64,000 nt of DNA from Candidatus Goldiibacteriota bacterium (GTDB lineage: Bacteria > Oederibacteriota > PGYV01 > DSYL01), in the NCBI GenBank assembly GCA_018000835.1, contig JAGNJD010000006.1:52-64051 (forward strand), in the 5' to 3' direction. The translations under genes and the position numbers were made by a program. The notes beneath the pieces were generated by a model that was given only the letters and a program-made list of their open reading frames with translations, did no database searches and was not told where the DNA came from. Within the stretch, counting starts at the first letter, position 1. Every line of letters starts with the position of its first letter. This document shows positions 1-10,114 of this stretch, piece by piece.

Positions 1-345
1 TGTAAGAAATTGACTTGTTATATTATTGGATGTTTTATAGTTTAATATTGCTCTGGGATAACTATTTATCCAATTTTGTATTGCCCTCACTGTCTTTCTC
101 GTTACTTTTCCTATATCCGTGCCCTTTTTTATGAACCTTCTTATCATCCGGTTCTGGTTCTCGTTCGTTCCTCTTTCATATGCTTTTGCAGATTGAACGC
201 CTTCAACAAGGTAAATGGAAAAATCCTATGCCTTAACTCAATGGCAAATCATACGACATGAATCAATTGTTCAATGTTAAATCCTTTGATTCGGGAACAC
301 AACATTGTTGACAAGTGCCCATGTGAACGATGGGGCTTCTACCTG
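1..345 (-). pseudogene. IS30-family transposase, decayed 3' portion (continues past the window start)
   Basis: Minus-strand translation of about 1-200 reads AYERGTNENQNRMIRRFIKKGTDIGKVTRKTVRAIQNWINSYPRAILNYKTS. This matches the conserved C-terminal RG-NEN...PKGTD...N-RPR-L-YKT block of IS30 transposases. About 200-345 aligns only through stops and frameshifts (TIDS..H*VKA*DFSIYL). ORF 76..261(+) is its antisense shadow. Confidence 0.5.
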
Positions 346-647
346 ATGTACTTCATTTTACAATCTTTATAAATCCCGGGATATTCCCGCATTAATTACG
401 AAAGAACCGTAATTTTTGATTGCAAGACACACATAAAAGCGTCGCAGGCTTAAGTCTTTGCCCACAAAGATAAAAATACAAATTATTTTTAATTAAAAAA
501 GGTAAGGATTACGTCCTGCGGCGTGCGGTCTATTGAGACTTAATCCCGCTGCGGTTCTACGATTTTGTTATTGAATGTTATGGATATTAACCTGCGGATT
601 GTTGATGAAACCGGACATTTTTATTCAGCAAAAAAAAACGTTTTATT

Positions 648-1808
648 TTAACCAGCGGTTATAACGGAACTCTTTGCAAATGCCTCATCGTATATCCTAT
701 CCCATGAAAGCGTTGAAGCAAATTCAATCGCATTTTTAAGACATATAAGATAAAAAACCTCATCCTTTAACAATTTAATGCAAGCCCGGACTACGTCTTC
801 TTTATAATACTGACACGCTATGCCCATCGGTCTGTTTCTTATTTCTTCTGCAATCCACGGGATGTCCGTTATTACCACAGGCAGTCCGCATGCAAGATAT
901 TCTTTTGGTTTTGTCGGGTCCGCATAATACGTATAATTATTCGGATCGTTTTTATACGTTGCGATCCCTATCCGTTCATGCGGTATGAATTTAAAAAGAG
1001 TATCATGGTCCATTACACCAAGAAAATTAACGCAGTCATTTAGCCCGAGTTTGTCCGTAAGTTCCCTTAATTTGTTTTCGTAAGGTCCGGTTCCTATTAT
1101 AAGAAGTTTTGCGGCGGGGACGGTTTTCACTATTTCCTTCATTGCTTCTATCATTAAATCAACGCCTTTCGTTTCATCAAGCATAGACATGACGACGAGC
1201 GTTTTTTTTGATATTTTTTCATCAATGTCAAATTTGTCTATCTTTTCCAGTTCCACTCCAACGGGGACCACAAAATTTTTATTTTCATTTAACTTAAATT
1301 TTTTATTTTTTGCATCTGCAATGCGTTTTGACAAACTCCATATTACATCACTTTTCCTGCATGCGATCCCGTCAATCCATGTATAAATAAAATCAAAAAG
1401 CGGATTTTTAAATCTCCTGTCCATGTGGTCAATGACGTAATAATAAACCTTTTCTACCCTGCCGAGTTTTTTCAACACGATACCGGAAAGTGCGTTTAAA
1501 TTATCCACGCCTATAAAAACGTCTATTTTTTCCTTCATTTTTAATCCAAAACCGAGATTAAAAAAGAAATCTCTTATCCACTGGATGAACTGCTGTTTTA
1601 CCCTTTTATGCCCTTTTTGCTTTTTTTCTTCTACACTATTTTTATAACAAACAACTTCGGTGCCTTCCAGTTTTGAATATGAAAATGGATGGGAGATAAA
1701 AATAAAATTATCGCTGTTTTTTATCAGATAATTCCTTAATGCCTGAACAGGCCCATACACTTCTGTTATGTGCCCTGCCTCTACAATCAAACCATTGGGT
1801 CCTGCCAT
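648..1808 (-). CDS. GT-B fold glycosyltransferase (GT4-like)
   Basis: 386 aa. The C-terminal half has the typical GT4 layout (LLIIGTGPYENKLRELT..., PTKPKEYLACGLPVVITD). Confidence 0.7.
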   Translation of the reverse strand: MAGPNGLIVEAGHITEVYGPVQALRNYLIKNSDNFIFISHPFSYSKLEGTEVVCYKNSVEEKKQKGHKRVKQQFIQWIRDFFFNLGFGLKMKEKIDVFIGVDNLNALSGIVLKKLGRVEKVYYYVIDHMDRRFKNPLFDFIYTWIDGIACRKSDVIWSLSKRIADAKNKKFKLNENKNFVVPVGVELEKIDKFDIDEKISKKTLVVMSMLDETKGVDLMIEAMKEIVKTVPAAKLLIIGTGPYENKLRELTDKLGLNDCVNFLGVMDHDTLFKFIPHERIGIATYKNDPNNYTYYADPTKPKEYLACGLPVVITDIPWIAEEIRNRPMGIACQYYKEDVVRACIKLLKDEVFYLICLKNAIEFASTLSWDRIYDEAFAKSSVITAG

Positions 1809-1820
1809 ATTTAAACCTTT

Positions 1821-3470
1821 TTATATTTCAACCTTTTCCAGTTTTTTTATTCCCGCAACCAAAGGTATAAACGAGAATAAAAACGAAAATAAAATAATAA
1901 GCGCAAAATTTATAAAATAATTCCTCGCATAAAACGTTTTTGTTTTAACAATTTGTGATATATAATACACCTTTATTACGTCTGCTTCAAGCAAAAAAAT
2001 CAAAAAAATAAAAAACATTGAGGCAAACATATATACCATACCAGGAACGCCAGTGAGCATGTCCTCCTGATTTTTTATGTTGAAATCGGCAAAATATCCG
2101 CTAAACCCCATGCCCATACATGATATTACGATGGTTATAATTGAAATAGTAAATATCGTCAGAAAATTAATAAAACTTCCCGGATTTAATATTTTTATTG
2201 ATACTGTTGAAACCAGAAGTCCGATTACAAAAATAAAAATACAATATATAAAAAGTTTATATAATAAATATCTTTTTATTGAAATTGGTGCCGATTTGTA
2301 TATCCAGAAGCCGCGTCCCTCCACGCTTACGACCGGCAGTATCAATCTCGCACCGATTGCCGATAAAATCAGTCCTATAAAAAAAATATTGAGATAAAAT
2401 ATAAACTGCTTTAAATTATAAAGTTCTTCCGGTAGTTTATACAGATTAAAAAGGTAAATTACTACGAGGCCTGCCAGGAAAACGATTTGTATCCACTGGG
2501 TTGTATCACGGATGCTGAATTTAAAATCCTTTGCCATCTGATTAATAAAAAAAGAAGTTTTTTTGTAAGACATATTTATTTCCTGTTTTTTTTCTTTTCT
2601 ATAATAGTTCTTTTGCCCGTAACTCACAAAATAAAGATTTTTGGAAATTATGATTGTAATTATAAAGATAAAGATTGCCACGGAAGAAAAAATCAAAAAA
2701 GGCACCATTCCGGATATGACGCCTTTTATTGTTACTTCCTTAACTACGTTGACAAACTGAACGTGCGGGAATAAAAAAAATTCAGGCGTATTTAATGCCC
2801 TCATAAACTGCCCCATCTCTTCAAAACTTGATGCAGTTAATTTTTCCGGCTGCAGCATCCTGAAATATGCTATAACAAATACCATAAAAACTCCGAGTAT
2901 TCCTATGGAAAAATTTCTTACTCCTTCAGCCGGGAAAAATTTTACGAGTATCAAGGTTATAATTGCCCCAATTGAGGATAATATCATACAAAATGGAATG
3001 TGGGTTAAAATTATCAGAATATACTGTGAAAAATCCATCCTTAAAATCTTCATATACGCAAAAAAAATCGGTAGTGCAATTGCAATTATCATCCAGCCGG
3101 ATGAAACGAAAATTTTATTTAATTTAAACAAAAAAACCGTTTCCAGTTTTATCGGGGTTGAAAAAAGGAAATCCGTATCCCTGCTGAAATAAAGAACCGA
3201 TATGGCTGCTGCGATAGACGATAATACTATCATCAGAGAAAACGTCATGTAAAATCCGTTCAGCAGTTTGTTTACAAGAAGCGGGCCTATGACAGGCGCC
3301 ATGTAAAAATATTTAAAAATGTAATAAAAAAGATAATATATGGACGGAAAAAAAAACGACAAAAAAAGCAGAAGCACAAAAAATTTTATTATGCCATCTT
3401 TGTTCACGTCCGTAATTTTGTTCTTAAAAATCGTAAAATAAAAATTAAACGTCTTAAAAAAATCATCCAT
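1821..3470 (-). CDS. Polytopic membrane protein, probable permease partner of the adjacent ABC ATPase
   Basis: 549 aa with more than 10 hydrophobic segments. Its start overlaps the stop of the upstream ABC ATPase gene by 8 nt (translational coupling). Confidence 0.55.
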   Translation of the reverse strand: MDDFFKTFNFYFTIFKNKITDVNKDGIIKFFVLLLFLSFFFPSIYYLFYYIFKYFYMAPVIGPLLVNKLLNGFYMTFSLMIVLSSIAAAISVLYFSRDTDFLFSTPIKLETVFLFKLNKIFVSSGWMIIAIALPIFFAYMKILRMDFSQYILIILTHIPFCMILSSIGAIITLILVKFFPAEGVRNFSIGILGVFMVFVIAYFRMLQPEKLTASSFEEMGQFMRALNTPEFFLFPHVQFVNVVKEVTIKGVISGMVPFLIFSSVAIFIFIITIIISKNLYFVSYGQKNYYRKEKKQEINMSYKKTSFFINQMAKDFKFSIRDTTQWIQIVFLAGLVVIYLFNLYKLPEELYNLKQFIFYLNIFFIGLILSAIGARLILPVVSVEGRGFWIYKSAPISIKRYLLYKLFIYCIFIFVIGLLVSTVSIKILNPGSFINFLTIFTISIITIVISCMGMGFSGYFADFNIKNQEDMLTGVPGMVYMFASMFFIFLIFLLEADVIKVYYISQIVKTKTFYARNYFINFALIILFSFLFSFIPLVAGIKKLEKVEI

Positions 3471-4191
3471 TTTCCTTTTCCTCTGTTAATCTGAAAAAAA
3501 CCTCTTCTATTTTTTTACTTTTGTTTTTCTTTTTTACGACGTTTACTGCACCGCACGTTAAAAGTTTTCCCTTATCAATTATGCCTATGGACGTGCATAC
3601 GTCTTCTGCAAGTTCGAGCGAATGAGTTGACATAAAAACCGTCATGCCTTTTTCTGCCAGATCTTTAAATACCTCTTTTAAAACCTTCATTGATTTCGGG
3701 TCAAGTCCTATCATAGGCTCATCCAATATGAGAACTGCAGGTTCATGAATCAAAGACGCTATTATAAGAAGTTTCTGGCTCATCCCATGCGAATAACTTT
3801 CTATAAAATCATTCATGTAACTCCCGGCATCAAACATGTCTATGTATTTTTTTGACAGGCGTTTAAACGTCTCTTCTTTTACGTCGTAAAGATTTGCCAC
3901 GAATTTCAGGTATTCAATGCCCCTTAATTTTTCAAAAATGTAAGGTTTGTCAGGTATGAGTGCAAACTGTTTTTTATATGAAATTACGTCCTTTTTTATG
4001 CTTAATCCATTTATAGTTATATCGCCGTATGTAATTGTCGTAAGGCCTGTCATCATTTTAATTGTGGTAGTTTTTCCAGCGCCATTTGGCCCCAGGAAAC
4101 CAAAAATTTTCCCTTTTTTTACATTTAAATTCAGATTGTCAACAGCGGTGAAATTTCCGTATTTTTTCGTAATGTTTTTAATTTCTATCAT
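3463..4191 (-). CDS. ABC transporter ATP-binding protein
   Basis: Walker A GPNGAGKTT, signature-like YSHGMSQKL, Walker B VLILDEP. Confidence 0.9.
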   Translation of the reverse strand: MIEIKNITKKYGNFTAVDNLNLNVKKGKIFGFLGPNGAGKTTTIKMMTGLTTITYGDITINGLSIKKDVISYKKQFALIPDKPYIFEKLRGIEYLKFVANLYDVKEETFKRLSKKYIDMFDAGSYMNDFIESYSHGMSQKLLIIASLIHEPAVLILDEPMIGLDPKSMKVLKEVFKDLAEKGMTVFMSTHSLELAEDVCTSIGIIDKGKLLTCGAVNVVKKKNKSKKIEEVFFRLTEEKENG

Positions 4192-4201
4192 TTATTTTCA
4201 A

Positions 4202-4930
4202 TTAACCTTCAACCTCTTTTTCTATGTCGTCAGAAACGTTAAATTTGTTTTTATAACGCCTTATAATTATCGGAATGAAAAATGAAATGACAAATAAAAG
4301 CACAGGTATTATTATGTCCGGTCTTAATACGTCCATCGGGGTTTTATAAGTTACTATGAGCTGCTTAATGGCAACCGCAAGAAAGGTAACGACCGTAATA
4401 CCGGGAACTGTCCCTATGATTGTCCCCCAGAAAAAATCCTTGAATTTCATTTTGGACAGTCCGCCTGCAAAACTCAGATAAGTAAAAGGTATGAACATCA
4501 ACCGAAGATAAATCATAATGGATAATCCGTGTTTTTCGACTGCATCATCGAGTTGTTTAAAACGTCCCTTTTGCATAATTTTTGCTATCGCATCCCTCAA
4601 GAGATATCGTGAAGTAAAAAAGGAAAAAACACCACCTATGGTTACGCTAATAAGGTTAAGCAAAAGTCCAAACCAGTGTCCGAATATCAAACCACCAATG
4701 GTAGCAAAAACGCTTGCAGGGATGAAAAACATTATGCTTAAAACGTAAAAACCGACGAAAATAAATGGTGCCCAGAATCCCAGATGATTTAAATAGAACT
4801 GGAACTTCTGGGAAAAAACAGCCTTACCTTCCTCCGCAAAAAAATAATATGACGCAGGAGAAAACCTCAGCAGGTAAACTATAAAACCTAAAAATACTAT
4901 AAACAAAATAATTTTTATCTTATTTTTCAT
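4202..4930 (-). CDS. TVP38/TMEM64 (DedA-related, SNARE-associated) family membrane protein
   Basis: 242 aa, multi-TM. Carries the family-typical FIPASVFATIGGLIFG...TSRYLLRD block. Confidence 0.7.
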   Translation of the reverse strand: MKNKIKIILFIVFLGFIVYLLRFSPASYYFFAEEGKAVFSQKFQFYLNHLGFWAPFIFVGFYVLSIMFFIPASVFATIGGLIFGHWFGLLLNLISVTIGGVFSFFTSRYLLRDAIAKIMQKGRFKQLDDAVEKHGLSIMIYLRLMFIPFTYLSFAGGLSKMKFKDFFWGTIIGTVPGITVVTFLAVAIKQLIVTYKTPMDVLRPDIIIPVLLFVISFFIPIIIRRYKNKFNVSDDIEKEVEG

Positions 4931-4933
4931 TCT

Positions 4934-5092
4934 TTATATTTTCTGAAAATCGGATTTTGCGGCTCCGCATTCAGGACAGACCCATGAATCAGGCAATTTT
5001 TCAAACGGCGTTCCCGGAGGGACTCCGTCATCAGGGTCGCCGCTGGCAGGATCATAAACGTAACCACAAACACTGCATTCCCATTTTTCCAT
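4934..5092 (-). CDS. Rubredoxin (52 aa; below the ORF-track length cutoff)
   Basis: Hand translation gives [52 protein letters not shown], with both CxxCG knuckles. SD AAGGAG lies 8 nt upstream of the ATG. The stop lies 3 nt before the next gene's start codon. Confidence 0.9.
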   Translation of the reverse strand: MEKWECSVCGYVYDPASGDPDDGVPPGTPFEKLPDSWVCPECGAAKSDFQKI

Positions 5093-5107
5093 AAAATTCA
5101 CTCCTTT

Positions 5108-5440
5108 TTAATGAACCTGTTTTGCTGCCATCTCACCCACTATCGGCAGTTTCCACATCTCTCCCCTGTATGCACGAACCATAAGAATTATCCAGAGAAT
5201 TATGACAACCGGCGTAAAAACAACGCTGATAAGCCATCCAAGCACGGGTATGATGCTTAGAACCACAAAAAGTATCATCACGCCGATAAAAGTCAATATT
5301 GACTGCAATGCATGGAATCTGACAAATTTTGATTCCTTTTCAATGATAAAAAAAATGACACCCGTTACCCATCCAAGGACGTAGCACAACATTGCTTCAA
5401 AGTTTTCCGTTAAGCCAATCTGTGTCTTTTTCTCATTCAT
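5108..5440 (-). CDS. DUF4870-like small membrane protein
   Basis: The likely start is MNEKK (ATG at 5440) behind AAGGAGG, not the upstream M given in the track. The LCYVLGWVTGVIFFIIEKESKFVRFHALQS block is typical of DUF4870. Confidence 0.6.
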   Translation of the reverse strand: MNEKKTQIGLTENFEAMLCYVLGWVTGVIFFIIEKESKFVRFHALQSILTFIGVMILFVVLSIIPVLGWLISVVFTPVVIILWIILMVRAYRGEMWKLPIVGEMAAKQVH

Positions 5441-5512
5441 GAAAAGCCTCCTTATTACACACAAATTAAAAAAAATATATGTTAAATATTTTCTTTTGTC
5501 AATATTTTTTTT

Positions 5513-5529
5513 ACGTTCGTAACGAACGT
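5513..5529. promoter_or_regulatory. Perfect 8+1+8 palindrome ACGTTCGT-A-ACGAACGT, candidate operator
   Basis: Read directly. Lies about 40 bp upstream of the -35 of the TCA-cluster promoter. A smaller CGTTA-T-TAACG palindrome follows at about 5542-5552. Confidence 0.3.
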
Positions 5530-5566
5530 TACAGAAAAACGTCCGTTATTAACGTTCCTTTTTCAT

Positions 5567-5595
5567 TTGACTTGAAATTCCAAAAAATGTATTAT
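5567..5595 (+). promoter_or_regulatory. Sigma-70-like promoter for the citrate synthase-icd-mdh-fumarase cluster
   Basis: TTGACT (5567-5572), 17-nt spacer, TATTAT (5590-5595). SD GGAGGTG precedes the ATG at 5625. Confidence 0.45.
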
Positions 5596-5624
5596 AGTGT
5601 TCTAAATTTAAATGGAGGTGACGT

Positions 5625-7025
5625 ATGTTCCAGTTTAATAAGAAACGAATGCTTTTTGAACTTGAAGATTATCATTATAATCTGCAGGACGTTGCAGAGC
5701 CGAATTTATACAGGGAACTGTTTCCTTATGATGACGTCCCACGCATTGCCTTTAATAATAGAGTAATGCCAATGAATCCCCCATCTGAAATCTGGATTAC
5801 GGATACTACTTTCAGGGATGGACAGCAGTCTTTGCCGCCTTTTAAAGCGGAAGACATAGTGCATATATATGACCTGATGCATAAACTTGACGGCGATACG
5901 GGTCTTATACGGCAGACGGAATTCTTTTTATACACGAAAAGAGACCGTGAAGCAGTTGAAAAATGCATGTCTCGCGGTTATAAATACCCGGAAGTAACCG
6001 GATGGATAAGAGCAACCGAATCGGATTTCAAACTTGCAAAAGAAATGGGATTAAAAGAAACCGGCATTCTTACATCCGTATCCGATTATCACATATTTTT
6101 AAAATTAAAATGGACACGGCGCCAGGCCTTTGACAATTACGTAAAAATCGTGCGGGCCGCACTTGATAACGGCATTATTCCGAGATGCCATTTTGAGGAT
6201 ATCACAAGAGCCGACATTTATGGTTTTGTAATTCCACTGGCTTATGAACTTATGAAACTCTCGCGTGAATACAAGATACCGGTAAAAATAAGAATGTGCG
6301 ACACAATGGGATATGGCATTGCTATGCCAGGCGCAGCGCTGCCAAGAAACGTAAATGGCATAGTATATGCCCTGAACCATTATGCAGAGGTTCCGTCTGA
6401 GCAACTCGAATGGCACGGGCACAACGATTTTTACCGTGCATTGACAAATGGCGTATATGCATGGCAATATGGCGCGTCGGCAGTAAACGGTGCATGGCTT
6501 GGAATCGGTGAGAGGACGGGCAATACTCCTATAGAAGGCCTGATAATGGAATACATTGCACTTCGCGGCAGGGAAGGAAAAGAAAAACTGGACACCACAG
6601 TAATTACCGAAATTGCAGATTATATGAGAAACGTGATGCACGTCGAAATACCTGAAAGACAACCGCTTGTAGGCAAAAATTTTAACGTAACAAAAGCAGG
6701 CATACATGCGGATGGCATGCTGAAAAACGAGGAAATATACAACATCTTTGATACGAAAAAGGTTTTAAACAGGCCGATTGCAGTCGGCATCACCGATAAA
6801 TCCGGAACCGCAGGAATAGTTTACTGGATAAACAGTAATCTGAAACTCCCGGAAAACGAAAAATTAACAAAAGATAACCCGGACGTCGTCAAAATAAAGG
6901 AAGAAATAGACAGGGATTTTGAAAGTGGAAGAATAATAGGCATATCCGACGAAGAAATGATTGACTACATAAAAAAATATTTACCGTCAATTTATCAAAA
7001 ATACGGTAAAAATTATGAGGAATAA
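5625..7025 (+). CDS. HMGL-family synthase (homocitrate / isopropylmalate synthase-like); candidate Re-face citrate synthase
   Basis: [13 protein letters not shown] and HxHNDF (WHGHNDF) HMGL motifs. It is directly followed by icd, mdh and fumarase, and no classical gltA is present in the window. Confidence 0.7.
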   Translation: MFQFNKKRMLFELEDYHYNLQDVAEPNLYRELFPYDDVPRIAFNNRVMPMNPPSEIWITDTTFRDGQQSLPPFKAEDIVHIYDLMHKLDGDTGLIRQTEFFLYTKRDREAVEKCMSRGYKYPEVTGWIRATESDFKLAKEMGLKETGILTSVSDYHIFLKLKWTRRQAFDNYVKIVRAALDNGIIPRCHFEDITRADIYGFVIPLAYELMKLSREYKIPVKIRMCDTMGYGIAMPGAALPRNVNGIVYALNHYAEVPSEQLEWHGHNDFYRALTNGVYAWQYGASAVNGAWLGIGERTGNTPIEGLIMEYIALRGREGKEKLDTTVITEIADYMRNVMHVEIPERQPLVGKNFNVTKAGIHADGMLKNEEIYNIFDTKKVLNRPIAVGITDKSGTAGIVYWINSNLKLPENEKLTKDNPDVVKIKEEIDRDFESGRIIGISDEEMIDYIKKYLPSIYQKYGKNYEE

Positions 7026-7027
7026 TC

Positions 7028-8230
7028 ATGCCTGAAAAAATTACGATTGAACAGGATGGCTCCCTTAAAGTTCCGGATAATCCCATAATCTGTTACATGG
7101 AAGGCGACGGCACAGGGCCTGATATATGGAAAGCATCAAAAAAAATATTTGACGCAGCCATTGACAGGGCATACAACGGCAGCAAGAAAATAGAATGGAA
7201 AGAAATTTTAGCCGGAGAAAAGGCAAAAGAAAAAACAGGTTCCTATCTTCCGGAAGAAACCATAGAAGCCATAAAAGAATACGTAGTGGCAATAAAGGGA
7301 CCTCTCACGACGCCTGTAGGCGGTGGGATAAGAAGCATAAACGTAACTTTGCGCCAGCGTCTTGACCTTTTTGCATGCGTGAGACCCGTCAGATATTTCA
7401 GCGGCGTCCCCTCCCCGGTAAAAAATCCGGAAAAATTAGACATCGTAATTTTCAGGGAAAACACGGAAGACGTTTACGCAGGCATTGAATGGGAATCAAT
7501 GACAAACGAAGCAAAAACGATAATTTCATTTATAAACGAAACTTTTGATAAATCCATATTGCCCGACAGCGGCATAGGCATAAAACCCATGTCCCCGTTT
7601 TGCACGCGGCGTCTTATGAGAATGGCAATAAATTATGCAATCAAAAATAAAAAAAAGTCGGTAACAATCATGCATAAAGGCAACATCATGAAATACACGG
7701 AAGGTGCATTTGCAAAATGGGCATATCAGGAAGCAGAAGAAAATTTTAAAAACCAGACAGTAAAGGAAAGTGAACTGTCCGGAGCAGAGCCGGACGGCAG
7801 AATAATTATAAAAGACCGCCTCGCGGATTCCATGTTCCAGCAGATTTTGTTAAGGCCCGACGAATACGACGTCATTGTAACGCCTAATTTAAACGGTGAT
7901 TATCTGTCGGATGCAGCAGCAGCACAGGTCGGCGGGCTTGGAATGGCACCGGGGGCCAATATAGGAAAATGGGCTTTGTTTGAAGCAACCCATGGCACTG
8001 CCCCAAAATATGCAGGACTGGACAAGGTAAATCCCTGCTCTCTCGTTTTATCCGGCGTTATGATGCTGCAGCACATCGGCTGGAACGAAGCGGCAGACAT
8101 GATAGTAAACGGAATCCAGGGGGCTATTAATTCAAAATTCGTAACCTATGACCTTGCAAGGCAGATGCAAGGTGCAACCGAAGTTAAATGTTCTGAATTT
8201 GCAGATAAAATTATAGAAAATTTACGATAA
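7028..8230 (+). CDS. icd: Isocitrate dehydrogenase (NADP-type)
   Basis: The N-terminus [22 protein letters not shown] closely parallels E. coli Icd. 400 aa. Confidence 0.95.
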   Translation: MPEKITIEQDGSLKVPDNPIICYMEGDGTGPDIWKASKKIFDAAIDRAYNGSKKIEWKEILAGEKAKEKTGSYLPEETIEAIKEYVVAIKGPLTTPVGGGIRSINVTLRQRLDLFACVRPVRYFSGVPSPVKNPEKLDIVIFRENTEDVYAGIEWESMTNEAKTIISFINETFDKSILPDSGIGIKPMSPFCTRRLMRMAINYAIKNKKKSVTIMHKGNIMKYTEGAFAKWAYQEAEENFKNQTVKESELSGAEPDGRIIIKDRLADSMFQQILLRPDEYDVIVTPNLNGDYLSDAAAAQVGGLGMAPGANIGKWALFEATHGTAPKYAGLDKVNPCSLVLSGVMMLQHIGWNEAADMIVNGIQGAINSKFVTYDLARQMQGATEVKCSEFADKIIENLR

Positions 8231-8294
8231 GGTATAAAACGATTTGTCATTTTTAAAAAAAATATAAAATTCTTTTATAAATCAGGAGCAAAAC

Positions 8295-9221
8295 TTGAAA
8301 ATATCAATAATAGGAGCAGGTAACGTAGGTGCAACAATAGCCCATATATGCCTTATGAAAAACATGGGGGACATTTATCTGCTGGACGTTGCAGAAGATG
8401 TCGCAAAAGGAAAAGCAGTTGATTTAAACCAGTCAAAATTTCTTTTTAATTCAAAATTTTCCGTTGAAGGAGGATGCGATTATTCGTCGGTTAAAAATTC
8501 AGATTTCGTTATAATAACGGCCGGCCTTGCAAGAAAGCCGGGTATGTCGCGGGACGACCTCCTGCTTAAAAATTTTGACATAGTCCGCGATGTCTGTCTG
8601 AAAATAAAAGAATTAAAAATTGAACCTTTTGTAATAGTTATTTCCAACCCGCTCGACATAATGGCATATACCGCCTATAAAACCCTCGGCTTCCCGCGTT
8701 CAAAAGTGCTTGGTATGGCAGGCGTCCTTGACACATACAGATACATGCATTACATCCAGAAAAAACTGAATACCACGACGACAAACATAAATGCCATGAC
8801 CATCGGCTCCCATGGCGATACGATGGTCCCGATCACGTCATTTACGCAGGTGAACGGAAAAAAAATATCTGAACTGCTGTCACCGGAAGAAATTGCAGAA
8901 ATAGAAAACAAAACAAGAAACGGCGGTGCAGAAATAGTATCACTTTTAAAAACCGGCAGTGCGTATTACGCGCCTGCTGCATCAGCGGTCCGCATGATGG
9001 ATGCAATCATAAAAAACGAAAACGCCGTGCTCCCCTGCTCTGTTTATGCAGATGGCGAATACGGTTTTAAAGACATATTCATAGGACTTCCGGTAAAATT
9101 AAACAAAAAAGGCGCCGACGGAATAAAAGTAATTGACTTAACGGAAGAGGAAAAATCGCTGTTAAAAAAATCGGCAGATGCAATAACCGAACAAATTAAA
9201 ATAATAAAGGACAGATTGTAA
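8295..9221 (+). CDS. mdh: Malate dehydrogenase (LDH-like family)
   Basis: IIGAGNVGATIA Rossmann motif. GLARKPGMSRDDLL has the Arg diagnostic of MDH rather than LDH. TTG start. Confidence 0.9.
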   Translation: MKISIIGAGNVGATIAHICLMKNMGDIYLLDVAEDVAKGKAVDLNQSKFLFNSKFSVEGGCDYSSVKNSDFVIITAGLARKPGMSRDDLLLKNFDIVRDVCLKIKELKIEPFVIVISNPLDIMAYTAYKTLGFPRSKVLGMAGVLDTYRYMHYIQKKLNTTTTNINAMTIGSHGDTMVPITSFTQVNGKKISELLSPEEIAEIENKTRNGGAEIVSLLKTGSAYYAPAASAVRMMDAIIKNENAVLPCSVYADGEYGFKDIFIGLPVKLNKKGADGIKVIDLTEEEKSLLKKSADAITEQIKIIKDRL

Positions 9222-9222
9222 A

Positions 9223-10059
9223 GTGCGACTTATAAAAGAAAAAGACATAACCGATACGGTTGCAAAACTTGCAATTGACGTAAACCATTTCCTGCCTTAC
9301 GACGTCGTTTCTATGATAAAAGAATGCGCAAAAAAAGAAAGCAACAAAAAAGCCAAGAATGTTCTTTATAAAATAATAGAAAACTACAAAAAAGCAAAAC
9401 AGGGCGTATATCCGCTCTGTCAGGATACGGGAATTGTGGTAGTTTTTGTGGAGATAGGCAGTGAAGTAAACGTATCAGGCGACATTTACAGGGCAATAAA
9501 CAGTGGAATTGAAATTGGTTATAAAAACGGCTATCTGCGCAAATCAACTGCAAATCCGTTAACGAGAATTAATTTTCAGACGAATTCACCTGCAATCATA
9601 CACATAGATGTCGTCCATGGCACGAAACTTAAAATATCGCTGCTTGCAAAAGGTGCAGGTGCAGAAAATAAATCTGCCGTGAAAATGCTGACGCCGGCAG
9701 ACGGGATAAACGGAATTATGGAATTCGTCCTTGATACCGTAAAAAAAGCAGGTGCCTCTGCCTGCCCTCCTTACATAATAGGAATAGGCATAGGCGGCAA
9801 TCTTGAAACAGCACCGCTGCTTGCCAAAAAGGCATTATTGATGAACCTGAAGGAAACAAACAAAGACGGACAATTGGCAGAACTGGAAAAAATTCTTTTA
9901 AAAAAAATAAACGGATTAAAAATAGGCGCCCTGGGGCTGGGCGGAGACACAACTGCGCTTTGCGTAAAAATCAAATCAGCACCCTGTCATATTGCAAGTT
10001 TACCAGTTGCAGTAAACATCCAGTGCCATTCAGCAAGGCACAAAACTGCATGCATATAA
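9223..10059 (+). CDS. Class I (Fe-S) fumarate hydratase, alpha subunit
   Basis: YPLCQDTGIVVVFVEIG motif. 278 aa, GTG start. Confidence 0.9.
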   Translation: MRLIKEKDITDTVAKLAIDVNHFLPYDVVSMIKECAKKESNKKAKNVLYKIIENYKKAKQGVYPLCQDTGIVVVFVEIGSEVNVSGDIYRAINSGIEIGYKNGYLRKSTANPLTRINFQTNSPAIIHIDVVHGTKLKISLLAKGAGAENKSAVKMLTPADGINGIMEFVLDTVKKAGASACPPYIIGIGIGGNLETAPLLAKKALLMNLKETNKDGQLAELEKILLKKINGLKIGALGLGGDTTALCVKIKSAPCHIASLPVAVNIQCHSARHKTACI

Positions 10060-10114
10060 TAGTTTCATAAAAATATTAAAAAAATTCGGAGATTTTAACG
10101 GAGGTCTGCATTAA

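Noticed and set aside
505-520. AAGGTAAGGATTA near the IS30 remnant as a fifth copy of the MITE-like inverted repeat
   Set aside because: Only about 10-11 of 13 positions match, and the adjacent TGCATTTTTTT part of the 27-mer is absent. This is compatible with chance in AT-rich DNA.
6105-6707. Long antisense ORFs inside well-supported genes (for example 6105..6707-, 24591..25100-, 28230..28697+, 35154..35588+, 35664..36155+, 38718..39104+, 39706..40113+)
   Set aside because: Each lies entirely within and opposite to a gene with clear family motifs. They have skewed composition (Ser/Phe/Ile/Cys-rich), no SD and no recognisable motifs.
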